Shown: positions 36,293-51,734 of the stretch, piece after piece
How the letters are laid out: each line of letters begins with the position of its first letter
How positions within the stretch are numbered: position 1 is the first letter of the stretch
Assembly (NCBI GenBank): GCA_964016885.1
Contig: OZ024756.1
Coordinates: 8,556,001-8,620,000 of the forward strand
DNA length: 64,000 bases
Direction: 5' to 3'
Origin: Eledone cirrhosa
Lineage: Eukaryota
Translations under genes and position numbers: made by a program
The notes under the pieces: model-generated
What the model saw: the letters and a program-made list of their open reading frames with translations, nothing else
Databases searched by the model: none
What the model was told of the DNA's origin: nothing

Positions 36293-39279
36293 TAACAGCA
36301 AATATCCAGGGTCTTTATCCGAAAACAAAACAGTGTAAAGTCCCTTTCTTGGAAGAATTAGCAACAGAAAACAACTCCAAAATAATTGGAATTACTGAAA
36401 GTCATCTCAATGAAAACATCCGCAACAGCGAAATCTCAATCAATGGATTCAACATCTTCAGATGTGATAGACAAGGCAGATCCCATGGGGGCGTTATCAT
36501 GTATATCCATGATACCTATGCATGCATAGAACTTGTCAATGAATCAAATGCCTACTGCAACCTGCTGTGCATAAAAATCATCCAACTTAATACAGTTGTA
36601 ACAATAATGTACAGACCGCCAAACAGCCCAACATTATCCTTCACTGAGCCACTGACAAAGCTCCAACAAATTCTGGGAAACATGGCGAGTCCAATGCCAG
36701 ACATTATCCTCCTTGGTGACTTCAACTTCCCTAACATCATCTGGCCACATGGACACATACTAAAACTGGGGACAAAAGCTGAACAAATACAAGCAGCCAA
36801 ACTGTTGGAAGTCACAGAGAAATTATACCTCAAACAAATGATGACAGAAGCAACTAGAAATAATAATACGATCGACTTGGTTTTCACCAACAACGAGGAC
36901 ACGCTATTTGACCTTCACTCAACCCCAACAATCCTTTCAGACCACAATATTATTGAAATGCATTTACACATTGGTAATGAGCCCAATGCCACAACTCTTA
37001 AACAAAAGGACATGCCAAAGCTATGCAGGTATGATTATCACCAGGCAAATTGGGAAACTATTAACAACCAGTTACAAATCATTGACTGGGATCTCTACCT
37101 TACTGGGCCAGATAAACACAAGAAATTCTTAAACAAGATCGAAGAAATATGTGCAAAAAATATTCCTCTTAAGAAAACCAAATCCACAAAAAAACCTGTA
37201 CCACGGGAGCGAAAGATCCTGATGCGCAAAAGGTCAAGACTAAGAAACAAAACATCTAAGCTGACATCAAAACATGAACTACAGAAAGTCCTTGACCAAA
37301 TATACAGATTAGAAGACAATCTAAAACAACACTATGATGAAGAACGTAACAATGCAGAAAAGAGAGCCATAGAAAACATCAAGAAAAATCCAAAATGTTT
37401 CTACAGTTTTGCAAAGAAATACTCGAATACCAAGTCAACAATAGGACCTCTACAGAGACAAAATGGGGATGTAGTGAATAACCCTATTGAAATGGCAGAA
37501 ATGTTGGGTCAACAGTATGAAAGTGTCTTCAGTGAGCCATCTAAAACCATGAAGATCCATGACCCAGGAGAATTCTTCAAGGATATCGACCATACTAAAC
37601 CTACCCTATCCAACATTGATTTCAACCCAGAAGACATAGAAAGAGCCATAGACAAGCTCTCCATGCACTCGGCTGCGGGGCCTGATGGTTTCAATGCCAT
37701 GATACTTAAAAACTGCAAGGTACAATTGTTGAAACCCCTTTACATGATATGGAAGGAATCTATGGAGAATGGCAAAATACCAAATACATATAAAGAAGCA
37801 CACATAACTCCAATACATAAAGGGGACAGCAAATCAAAACCAAAGAACTACCGACCAATCTCACTGACATCACACATTATCAAGGTCTTCGAAAGAATAG
37901 TTCGTGGAAAATTGGTTGAGTTCCTGGAATCCAACAATCTGATGAATTGCAATCAGCATGGATTCAGGTTAGGTAGATCATGTCTTTCCCAACTACTGGC
38001 ACACCATGACCAAATGCTAGAAAATCTAGAGAATGGATACAACACAGATGTTATTTACCTCGACTTTGCCAAGGCATTTGACAAGGTAGATCATGGCATC
38101 CTGGGACACAAACTTCGAAAGCTAGGAGTAGGAGGAAAAGTTGGTACATGGATACATGAGTTCCTTACAAATAGAACTCAAACAGTCACTGTGAATGGAA
38201 CCCATTCAACACCATCACCTGTGACCAGCAGTGTTCCTCAGGGTACAGTACTCAGCCCGATCCTGTTTCTCATCCTCATCTCTGACATAGATGAAGATAC
38301 AACCAGCAACGTCTCATCCTTTGCTGATGACACCAGGGTCATGAGACAAATCAAAGATGAGGTGGATACAGAGGCCTTACAAAAGGACCTAACCACCATA
38401 TACAAATGGCAGGAAACAAACAACATGTTGTTCGATGATAAGAAGTTTGAACTAATTCGCTACGGAACAGATCAAGATCTGAAAAATACAACAAACTACA
38501 GAAACCCATCAGGACAACAAATAATGGAAAAACAGTGTGTGAAAGATTTAGGCATCCACATGGGAACCAGCCTAAAATTCAGAGAAGACCTTGACTCAGT
38601 CTGTCTTACTGCAAGAAAGTACAGCGGGTGGATCTTGCGCACCTTCAAATCAAGAGATACCTCAACAATGAAAACCCTCTGGAACAGTATGATACTTCCG
38701 AGGATTGACTACTGTTCTCAGTTGTGGTCACCAACAACAAAGGGCCAACTATCTAAGATGGAATTGCTCCAAAGAAATTTTACCTCATACTTCTAAGAAA
38801 CGAGGGACCTGGACTATTGGCAGAGACACAAAACCTTGAAGATGTACTCAATAGAAAGAAGATTTGAGCGATACCGAATTATATACATTTGGAAAATGAT
38901 AGAGCAAAAGGTGCCAAACTTTGGTATCAAAACCTACCACTCACTGCGCCACGGAAGACGCTGCCAGCTACCACCAATCAACAAAAAGGCTGGCCAGGCA
39001 GCAAAAACCCTGCGAGAGTCAAGTCTGTTGGTTCGAGGGGCACAACTATTCAACTCCATTCCGGTACATGTCAGAAATCTATCAGGATGCAGTGTGGAAT
39101 CATTCAAATTGCAGCTGGATAGATACTTAAGCACCATTAGAGATGAACCCCATCTCCCAGGATATACACAACGAGCACAAACTGACTCAAACTCGCTCCT
39201 ACACATGTCAAAATTAAACAGAGAATCCAACCTGGCAACCACACCAGACTCTGAGGGTGGAGTCTTCGACTTGGCCTGA
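36067..39279 (+). pseudogene. LINE ORF2 (APE endonuclease plus reverse transcriptase), single in-frame TAA at 38794
   Basis: IITANIQGL, ITESHL, MYRPP, LGDFN, IDLVF, SDHN; RT NYRPISL, YLDFAKAFDKV, VPQGTVLSP, FADD; the 38836-39279 ORF is in the same frame. Confidence 0.9.
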
Positions 39280-39312
39280 GCATGGACTCAAACTCAAATG
39301 AAATGAAATGAA

Positions 39313-39443
<131 letters not shown>

Positions 39444-39465
39444 TGTATGTATATATATATATATG

Positions 39466-39616
<151 letters not shown>

Positions 39617-39629
39617 ATATATATATATG

Positions 39630-39672
<43 letters not shown>

Positions 39673-39919
39673 ATATATATATATATAAGTATGCATGTAT
39701 ACGTACATACATATATGTATACAGACGTACAGTAGCATGCACATATATATATATATGTATATACATATATACATACATATGCATACAGGTACACATACAT
39801 ATATGCACGTATCAGTTTAGCGGCGCTAACGTCGCTTTGTTCGTTTGTAAACAAACTGAACAGCCTGAATTTATGCCATACGGTGTTAACGTCACCTTTT
39901 TGTTCAACACTGACACAGG

Positions 39920-39960
39920 AACGATGTACTAGTTTCAAGCTTGTTAGCTATCATCAGCAC
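39920..39960 (-). ncRNA. Minimal type-I hammerhead ribozyme (antisense copy)
   Basis: Reverse complement gtg CTGATGA tagctaacaagctt GAAA ctag TA catcgtt. Confidence 0.65.
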
Positions 39961-40349
39961 GGGTTTTCATTGTTTTCATAAATTCAGGCTGTTCAGTTTG
40001 TTTACAAACGAACAAAGCGACGTTAGCGCTGCTAAACTGATACGTGCATATATGTATGTGTACCTGTATGTATATGTATATATATATGTATATACATATA
40101 TATATATATGTGCATGCTACTGTACGTCTGTATACATATATGTATGTACGTATACATGCATACTTACATTTAAGTAAGTGCCATACTAAGAGTGAGAAAT
40201 GAAATTTCGTTTTCATTTTGTTTCAATTTATCGTTTTCGGTATGCCTGACCGATTTAACTCACTCAATATGCAAATTAGGCTGCTCAGCCGTTAATTTTC
40301 ATAAGGAAAGTATATACTTTCGAACGTTCAACTATCTGGCAGATGGGTA

Positions 40350-40394
40350 AACGGTGCTGATGATAGCTAACAAGCTTGAAACTAGTACATCGTT
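40350..40394 (+). ncRNA. Minimal type-I hammerhead ribozyme
   Basis: Stem I aacggtg/catcgtt, core CTGATGA, stem II agct-aaca-agct, GAAA, palindromic ctag stem III, UA cleavage site. Confidence 0.8.
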
Positions 40395-40694
40395 CCTGTG
40401 TCAGTGTTGAACAAAAAGATGACGTGGTTGCCTTAACACCGTATGGCATAAATTCAGGCTGTTCAGTTTGTTTACAAACGAACAAAGCGACGTTAGCGCC
40501 GCTAAACTGATACGTGCATATATGTATGTGTACCTGTATGCATATGTATATATATATGTATATACATATATATATATATGTGCATGCTACTGTACGTCTG
40601 TATACATATATGTATGTACGTATACATGCATACTTACATTTAAGTAAGTGCCATACTAAGAGTGAGAAATGAAATTTCGTTTTCATTTTGTTTC

Positions 40695-40803
<109 letters not shown>

Positions 40804-40823
40804 GTATATGTATATATATATAT

Positions 40824-41611
40824 AAGCCCCCATATTAACTGTAAAACTAGAAATGTAGTGTATAGCATAAGATGTACTGAAGGACAATGTAGAAACAAAA
40901 ATATAGTGTACATAGGTGAGACAGCTCGTAGTATAGGGGAACGAATAAATGAACACTGGCGAGACCTTCAAGATAATAAAGAATCATCTGTGCTCTACCA
41001 ACATGCTAAGATAGAACACAGGGGTAGATTAGAGAACATAGAAATAAAAATAGAATCCACACACAGAAAAGATGCAATGTTTAGGCAAATTACAGAGGCA
41101 GTAAGCATAAAAGAATTACAACCAAAATTAAATAGAAAATATGAGTGGAACAGCAACATCACAACTTACAATTAAGGACAAAATGAAAACACACACAGGA
41201 CAAAATGAAAACACACACACATAGAAAAAACAACCAACCAACAATAAATAAATAAATAAATAAACAAATAGATAAATGAACACAAACACACACAGACACC
41301 CGGATGTGGCGCATGCGCAAACTGAGCACACAACACACACACAGAAACAAAATGGCGTAGGATAGAAGAAAGGAAAGGCACAGAAACAAAGGAAAGGAAT
41401 CCCCAGTCACTGAAGAGGTCACAGAGTGTGTGACGAAAGGACTATGACTATATATAAACAACTATCTGGTTGTGGAACCAACCAACCAACCAGAAATTTA
41501 TAAGTTTGTAAATTTGTAGATTTATAAATTTATAAATATATAATAAACTGAAGTGAAAGCAACTGGTGCGTGTGTTTCTTATTGGCAACATGACCCTCCC
41601 AAAGTATAACA

Positions 41612-41612
<1 letters not shown>
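40824..41612 (+). mobile_element. Penelope-like element 3' end (GIY-YIG endonuclease, 3' region with hammerhead)
   Basis: [14 protein letters not shown]...C...[16 protein letters not shown]...[22 protein letters not shown]. Confidence 0.9.
41405..41449 (+). ncRNA. Minimal type-I hammerhead ribozyme
   Basis: agtca CTGAAGA g gtcaca-gagtg-tgtgac GAAA ggac TA tgact. Confidence 0.75.
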
Positions 41613-44780
<3,168 letters not shown>

Positions 44781-45278
44781 ATTTTTGAAAAGCAGAAGAA
44801 CTGCGAAACCGGTAAAGGAACCAAATAAATATACATATTTTTTTAAAAATAAGACTCCAGTTGCATTTTCGATTTCATCTTATTTTCTTTATACTTTCAC
44901 TCGTGTAGGACACCTCGGTTATTTTTCATTGTGTAAAAAAAACCTCACTTTCTAATATATATATATATATATATAACGGAGGAAATGTGGTAAGGAACCA
45001 GGTGGATCATAACGCACCAAAGAACTCAATACTTAGGGTAGTAGAGTGGGTAATAGGAACGAGTAGGACCCCGACGGCTGAGCTCAAGCCGTTTCGACGG
45101 CTAATTTAGTCCAGAATTAGCCGTCGAAACTGCTTGAGCTCAGCCGTCGGGGCCCTACTCGTTCCTATATATATATATATATATATGGAAATATAATCAC
45201 TTATTTCCTAATGTTTGTTGAGTGAGTTGGAATTTGGCCTGAGTATCGCTAAAAAGCTTTCTCCGATATTGTATTTAT

Positions 45279-45358
<80 letters not shown>

Positions 45359-45750
45359 CTATGTACGTGTGATGTTGACAGACACGAGAACGAGTACTCA
45401 ATACTGAAACAGAGTTTAACATAATTCTTTATTACGTCTAAGTCATGAGTCTAAGTCTGGAGTTTCACCTGTGAACTCAGGGCATTATTGTAGACAGGTG
45501 AAACTCCAGACTAATTAGACTCATCACTTAGACATAATAAAGACTATATTTGTGTGTGTGTGTGTAGTTTTTCTGCAGTTTAAGGCGTTCACATAATTAA
45601 CTACATTAAAACATATATATATACATACATGTGGGTGTGCGTGAGTAGATTTTTTTTTTGTTTTGTTTTTTTTGTAGTTTAAGGCGTGCACATAATTAGC
45701 ACGTAAAAACACATATACATACATACATGTGTCTGTGTATAGATAAGCAC

Positions 45751-46186
45751 CTGTTTTGACAGTGTCACTCGCAGAGTTTCGGGCTTCTTCGTCTTCTGAG
45801 AACGATAGAGTCCCCAGGTTAGCGAAGTTATCATCATCCATTTCGTCTGCAAGGGAGGCCAGTTCCTCTTGGTCGGACATGAACAATGCTTCGGTGGTTG
45901 TTTGAGAGGGGTTGTTGTGTGGCCGATGCCATCGTATTTGATGGTTGTCATTTGGAGTGAGCACGGGTGACGAATGTCTAGGCGGTGATTCAGACGGTGA
46001 AGCTGCTATCGATGATATACCTGCCCCATGATGAGACCGAAACGGTGAGTGTTGCGGCGAATATTTCCCTGTAGCACCATCAGCACCTGTAGCCCCAATG
46101 AAGCTGTTGCCCCGTTCCGATTCGGGTTTATTAGATTCTTTATCCAAATACTGGTTGATAAATGATTTCCGTAGAAGAGAAGCCAT
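45751..46186 (-). CDS. SNX21: Sorting nexin 20/21-like, exon 1 (disordered, acidic N-terminus)
   Basis: ATG at 46186; MASLLRK...ELASLADEMDDDNFANLGTLSFSEDEE...VKT; donor ACAG|gtgctt, phase 1 matches exon 2; the acidic GTLSF segment resembles the SNX21 N-terminus. Confidence 0.8.
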
Positions 46187-46928
46187 TTGTCCAGACTAAG
46201 AAGGCGATTAATTATATTAAAAGTAATAATACGCATCACCGTAAAATGAAAATTTCCGACTTCATCCTAGCTAGGTGGAACGAAAGTCAAAAGTATTACT
46301 GAGTGGCTGAGGAGAAGAAGACGACGATGAACACGAAGAAGAAGAAGAGATAGAAAGAGAGGAGAGGAAAACGAAACAAGCCAGGATTATGCAATGACAG
46401 CAACGATTAGACGATGGGAAATTGAGGATGGCGAATCAATAGAGAGAAGAATAACGATGAGAGAGAGAGAGGGGGGGGGTGATGGGGGAGATAGAGAGAA
46501 ACAGAGAGGTGGTGGAGATAGAGAGATGGTGATGGGGGAGATAGAGAGAGAGAGGTGGTGGTGGTGGTGATGGGGGGGGGGGGGTAGAGAGATGGGGGGA
46601 GGTAAAGTTGGGTGGAGCGACAGAATACGTGGGTAGATAGAAAGATGTGGAGTGAAAGGAAAACTAGACGAAAGGTGAATAAAAGGAGGCGGGTTGAATG
46701 AAAGAAAAGGAGAGAGAAATAGAGAAGAGATAGAGTGAAAGAGAGAGAGAGAGAGAGAAGGAGAAGGATACAAAACTGAGATGAAGGAAATGTGAAAGAG
46801 AGAAAAAGACAGAAAGAAGATAAAGAAGAAAGAGTGAAGAGTGAAACGAGGTAAATGGAAAAACACAAAAAAGGTGGATTGAATGAGGTAGAGTGTAAGA
46901 GAGGAATATAGTAAAGAGAAAGACAGGA

Positions 46929-46976
<48 letters not shown>

Positions 46977-47385
46977 ATGGGTGTTTATATATATGTGTAT
47001 ATATATATATATATATACGTGGGTGATATATATATATATATAACTGATGTTGTTACATTGAGCTATTTATCTTACTGGTAATAAGATAGTAATAAATTAC
47101 TGTCTTTCACTATTTAGGGTATAATATATATATATATAACTATAAAAGGTTTTAGTATATACATAACCATAAATAGTATCCTTAATACTATATATATATA
47201 ATACTATTTATATATATATATATATATAAATGGAAGTATAGAAATTATTGTGAGCGTGAAGCCAATAGTATTTCATAATATATATATGTCTTTGTGAGTG
47301 TATATATATATAATATGTGTGTTTGTGAGTATATATATATAATATGTGTGTTTGTGAGTATATAAATATATATATGTCTTTGTGA

Positions 47386-47424
<39 letters not shown>

Positions 47425-48368
47425 TTTGTGAGTGTGTATATATATAATATGTGTGTGTGTGTATATATATAATATGTGTGAGTGTGTATATATATATAAT
47501 ATGTGTGCTTGTGAGTGTATATATATATATATAATATGTGTGTTTGTGAGTGTATATATATATAATATGTGTGTTCGTGAGTATATATATATAATAGAGA
47601 GAGAGAGAGAGTCAGCTGTCAATAATACGAAAGCGGAAGTTTCAGTAATAAGCAATACAAAGTTGTCTTATCTTGTCATTCTGTTGCGATTTTTTAAAAT
47701 TCAGTTTTAAAGAAGTAAAACGGTTGCCCCGCCCCCCTTTCTCTCTCTCTTATATATATATATATATATATGAAGGATTCGGGGACCCCGACGGCTGAGC
47801 TCCCCTCCTGCTGTTTCAACAGAAAAATTGCGTCCGTAGGCGCTATGCCGGGTGAGCACTCGATGCTCGCGCAGACGCAAAGCAGAGTATAATACTATAA
47901 GAAAAGTAACAAAGGTTCAGTGTTGCATCATAACATATTTAATAACATATTTCATGTTATTATATATGTAAATATATGTTGTGTGTGTGAATATATATAT
48001 AACCAAAGATTAGTATGGTTCGTTGATTACTCAACGAATACAATTTTACAATAGATTAGAAGCACTCAACAATAATTACTGCCAATACTGGAATTGAATA
48101 ATCAAGACCGTAGCGGTATGTCATATATCAAATCATATATTTTGTCTGATGAGGACGTACTGAAAAAACAACACAAAACACACGCACCTGTTTTCACTTC
48201 AATTTATTATATATTTCCGGTTGGTTCTATAGCGAGAGCCAAATGAGAGAGTGAGAACTTAAAGTTGTTAGTTTTATAGGGTTCTGACCGGAAGTTACAG
48301 AAAGGGTTCTACTTCCCGTCTAGATGTTAATCCAAACAAGGGAGACAACCACTACAGTTCAATAACTC

Positions 48369-48530
48369 GATTGTTGTTTATATATTGTCAAAGCTCTTTC
48401 GTCACACATTCTGTGACTTCTGCAGTGAGTGATTTCTTATTATGTGTCTCTATTTTGTTTTGTCCTAAACCATCTGAGGAGGTCACAGAATGTGTGACGA
48501 ATGAACTTTGACAATATATAAACAACCATC
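48369..48530. mobile_element. Fold-back element from Penelope terminal repeat (degenerate hammerheads)
   Basis: Arms gttgtttatatattgtcaaag...gtcacacattctgtgac / gtcacagaatgtgtgac...ctttgacaatatataaacaac. Confidence 0.7.
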
Positions 48531-48612
48531 TAGTTATTGAACCAACCAACTAGAAATTTATAATAAATTGCGTGTGTTTTTATTGGCAGCATGATCCGCC
48601 CAAAGTATAACA

Positions 48613-48661
<49 letters not shown>

Positions 48662-48664
<3 letters not shown>

Positions 48665-49203
48665 CGGGTAAAATTCCCGAGATCCATGGACGAGTTCTCT
48701 CCAGCGGTCTCTGTCCCTTATCATCGCTGCCATGTCCTGCGTCTCCAACAGACCAGTGTCTGTCCTTAGGGCATCAACATATGTTAACCTTGGTCTTCCT
48801 CTTCCAGTGTGTCCATGTAGGGGCTCCCACAGGAGCACAGTGCAGTGTCAACTCTGGATGTCGGTGAACATGTCCAGCTAACTTCAGTCTCCTCTGTGTC
48901 ACTTTTTAGCTGACTTTTGGGAGGCTCCCATACAGCTCTAAGTTTGTCATCCTCTATGTATACTGAGCCATCCTCAGCATTCTCGTGTAGCACCCATCCA
49001 CCATCTGAGTGAGTTTCTTGCTCAGTGTCCAAGTCTCAGACCCGTGCAGCAGCACATACTCCACTACTTTTAATGAAGAGGGGGATCTTCAGGTCTCTAC
49101 GAAGGTCCGACTTCCACACCGATCTCAAGCTGTGGCACGCCGCCCGGGCTTTGCTCTTCCTCTCAACCACATCATCTTCCGTATTCCCAATCTTTGCTCC
49201 CAA
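48662..49203 (-). mobile_element. RTE-group LINE 3' fragment (same family as 8918-9390)
   Basis: Near-identical sequence, same 3' end at REFYPP, flanked by (TA)n. Confidence 0.9.
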
Positions 49204-50620
49204 ATATATGTGTGTGTATATATGTATATATATGTCAGGTCGCTCTCGAGTGCTACTGGTAACATGTAACCCAGTACAACCTGTCTCATGGTCGGGTCGT
49301 CGGCGACTAAACCGGCAACCCCACCAAGCTTGCTTGGTGAGGAGAATATTTGGACACCCTGTGGGATGAAATACAAAACCCAGCAAAGGGCGGAGGAACT
49401 TAACAGAGTCAACGGCCATCCAAATAATACTTTTTTTTCTTTTCACCTGGGAGTGAAAGGCCCCCAGTTGTTGTCACAACACCTTTCTAGGAGAGAGAAA
49501 CTCTGAAAAAAACCCTGCAGCTTCGGAAGCATCCGGTGTTCCCTTTTTGGGTAGTGTTTTCGATGCTCAGAGAGTGGGATTGGTCGAGTGCAAGGCCTTT
49601 CCCCACTTAAAAAACCTTCAAAGCACAGGCATGGCTTGTTCAGGATATGTTACAGGTTTGTAAAAGTGCACCAAATTCTAAAATCTGACAAGCGATTGCA
49701 GTACTCTTAGCAGAGTTTGAAGCCATCATATGTATGTATATACATGTGTGTTAATTCAAGGGGACAGCCGTGTCACATTGAGTCAGGCTGGATCTCCCTA
49801 AGAACTATGGAATGCACCAGTTGATTGAAAACATGCTGAGCTCTTTCCGAGAAGCCAACACTCTTAAAATGAGAAAGATAAACAACGAACCTCTTAGTAA
49901 TGTTTTGACCTGCCATAAATAGTAGCCAGCTCTCCTACTAAGCCAAATGCCTTCTCATATTTGTTTGTTGTTGTGTGTGCGTTAGAATGTCAGATAGAAT
50001 ACTTTATTGTATTCTGAGTTCAAATCCAACCGAGGTCAACTTTGCCTTTCATCCTTTCGAGGTCAATAAAAAAAGTACCAGTCAAGTACTGGGTCGATTC
50101 TTCCTCTCTCTCACTTTCTATCTTTCTCTGGAAGAAATCTGCTCTACTCAGGCCTGGAGAGGGATGGGCTCCGCCAGGTTTAAAATACCCAAGAAACGCC
50201 GTATGTCAATACGGCGGTCTTACAACTCTATCAGGACCATACCATACGTGTGTGTGTGTGTTGAGGTGCGTGGTTTAGTGGTTAAGCTGTTCGGTTCATG
50301 ATCGCAAGGCCGTGAGTTCAATTCTCAAACAAGGTGACATGTTGAGTCCTTGAGCGAGATGCTGTATCTCCCCGAGAACTACGTTAAGGGTGCACATGTC
50401 AGTGGAATGCTCAGCCACTTACACGTTAATTTCTTTTGATTGAATCAATCAGCCACTTACACTTTAAGTTCTATTGATTGAATCAATCAAAGCATTCGTT
50501 GTCGGAATCGGCGTTGGTTCAATAACCAACGCAATATGTGTGTGTGCAATATATATATATATATATATAAATATACACGGGTGTGTATGATTGTGTATAG
50601 AAGATTATATTAATAAAACT

Positions 50621-50813
50621 TTAAATTTTAAGTGTTAATTGAACAAGTTCTTTCATGCTTTCGCAATCTTCAGGTTCCTATTCAGTGGTGACAGTCAAGT
50701 TTGCAATTTTCAACTGTCAGTTTAAAATTGCAAACTTGACTGTCACCACCGAATATAAACCTGAAGATTGCGAAAGCATGAAAGTACTTGTTTAATTAAC
50801 ACTTAACATTTAA
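50621..50813. mobile_element. Fold-back element with a hammerhead in each arm
   Basis: Arms of about 90 bp; + hammerhead 50756-50794, - hammerhead 50641-50677. Confidence 0.75.
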
Positions 50814-50984
50814 TATTCTACCATACTATTTCATTATAATATCATTATAATTTTAAAGGATTGTAAATAAAATGAGTAAATCAGACAAAGTTGGAATTCC
50901 TTTTATTAATATATATATATATATATATTTCGTTTCTGAATTTGTTTAGCAAGATTCTTTATCTGAAAACGTGTGTTGAAACCG

Positions 50985-51700
50985 ATATTGTTATGCTTTG
51001 GGAGGGTCATGTTGCCAATAAGAAACACACACATCAGTTGCTTTCACTCCAATTTATTATAAATTAAATTTATAAATTTAAGAATTTATAAATTTCCGGT
51101 TGGTTGGTTCCATAACCGGACGGTTGTTCATATATTGTCAAAGTTCTTTCGTCACACATTCTGTGACCTCTTCAGTGACTGGGGATTCTTTTCTTTGTTT
51201 TGTGCTTCTCCTTTGTTCTGTCCTACGCCATCTTGTTTTTGTGTGTGTTGTGTGCTTAGTTTGCACATGTGTTACATCTGGGTGTCTGTGTGTGTTTTTA
51301 TTTGTTTATTTATTTGTTTATTTACATGTTACTAGTTGGTTGTTTGTTCTATGTGTGTGTGTGTTTTCATTTTGTCCTTAATTGTAAGTTGTGATGTTGC
51401 TATTCCATTCATGTTTTCTATTTAATTTTGGTTGGAGTTCATTTATGTTTATTGCCTCTGTGATTTGTCTAAACATTGCGTCTTTTCTATGTGTAGATTC
51501 TATTTTTATTTCTATGTTCTCTAATTTGCCCTTATGTTCTATTTTAGCATGTTGGTGGAGTATTGATGATTCTTTTTTATCTTGAAGTTCTCGCCAGTGT
51601 TCATTTAACCGTTCTCCTATACTACGAGCTGTCTAACCTATGTACACTATATTCTTATCTTTACATTGTCCTTCAGTACATCTTATGCTATATACTACAT
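50985..51700 (-). mobile_element. Penelope-like element 3' end (same family as 40824-41612) with hammerhead at 51137-51179
   Basis: Reverse complement aligns to the GIY-YIG ORF and 3' region; gtca CTGAAGA ggtcacagaatgtgtgac GAAA gaac TT tgac. Confidence 0.85.
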
Positions 51701-51734
51701 GAACATGTTCATCAATACAACCCCTAGAGGTGAA

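Noticed and set aside
48140-48180. ctgatgaggacgtactgaaa hammerhead-like motif
   Set aside because: No U-H cleavage site or stem III after GAAA.
49233-49325. Possible HDV-like ribozyme at a putative RTE 5' end
   Set aside because: A P3-like stem (acc/ggt) and hairpins are visible, but P1, P1.1 and P2 could not be paired convincingly by eye.
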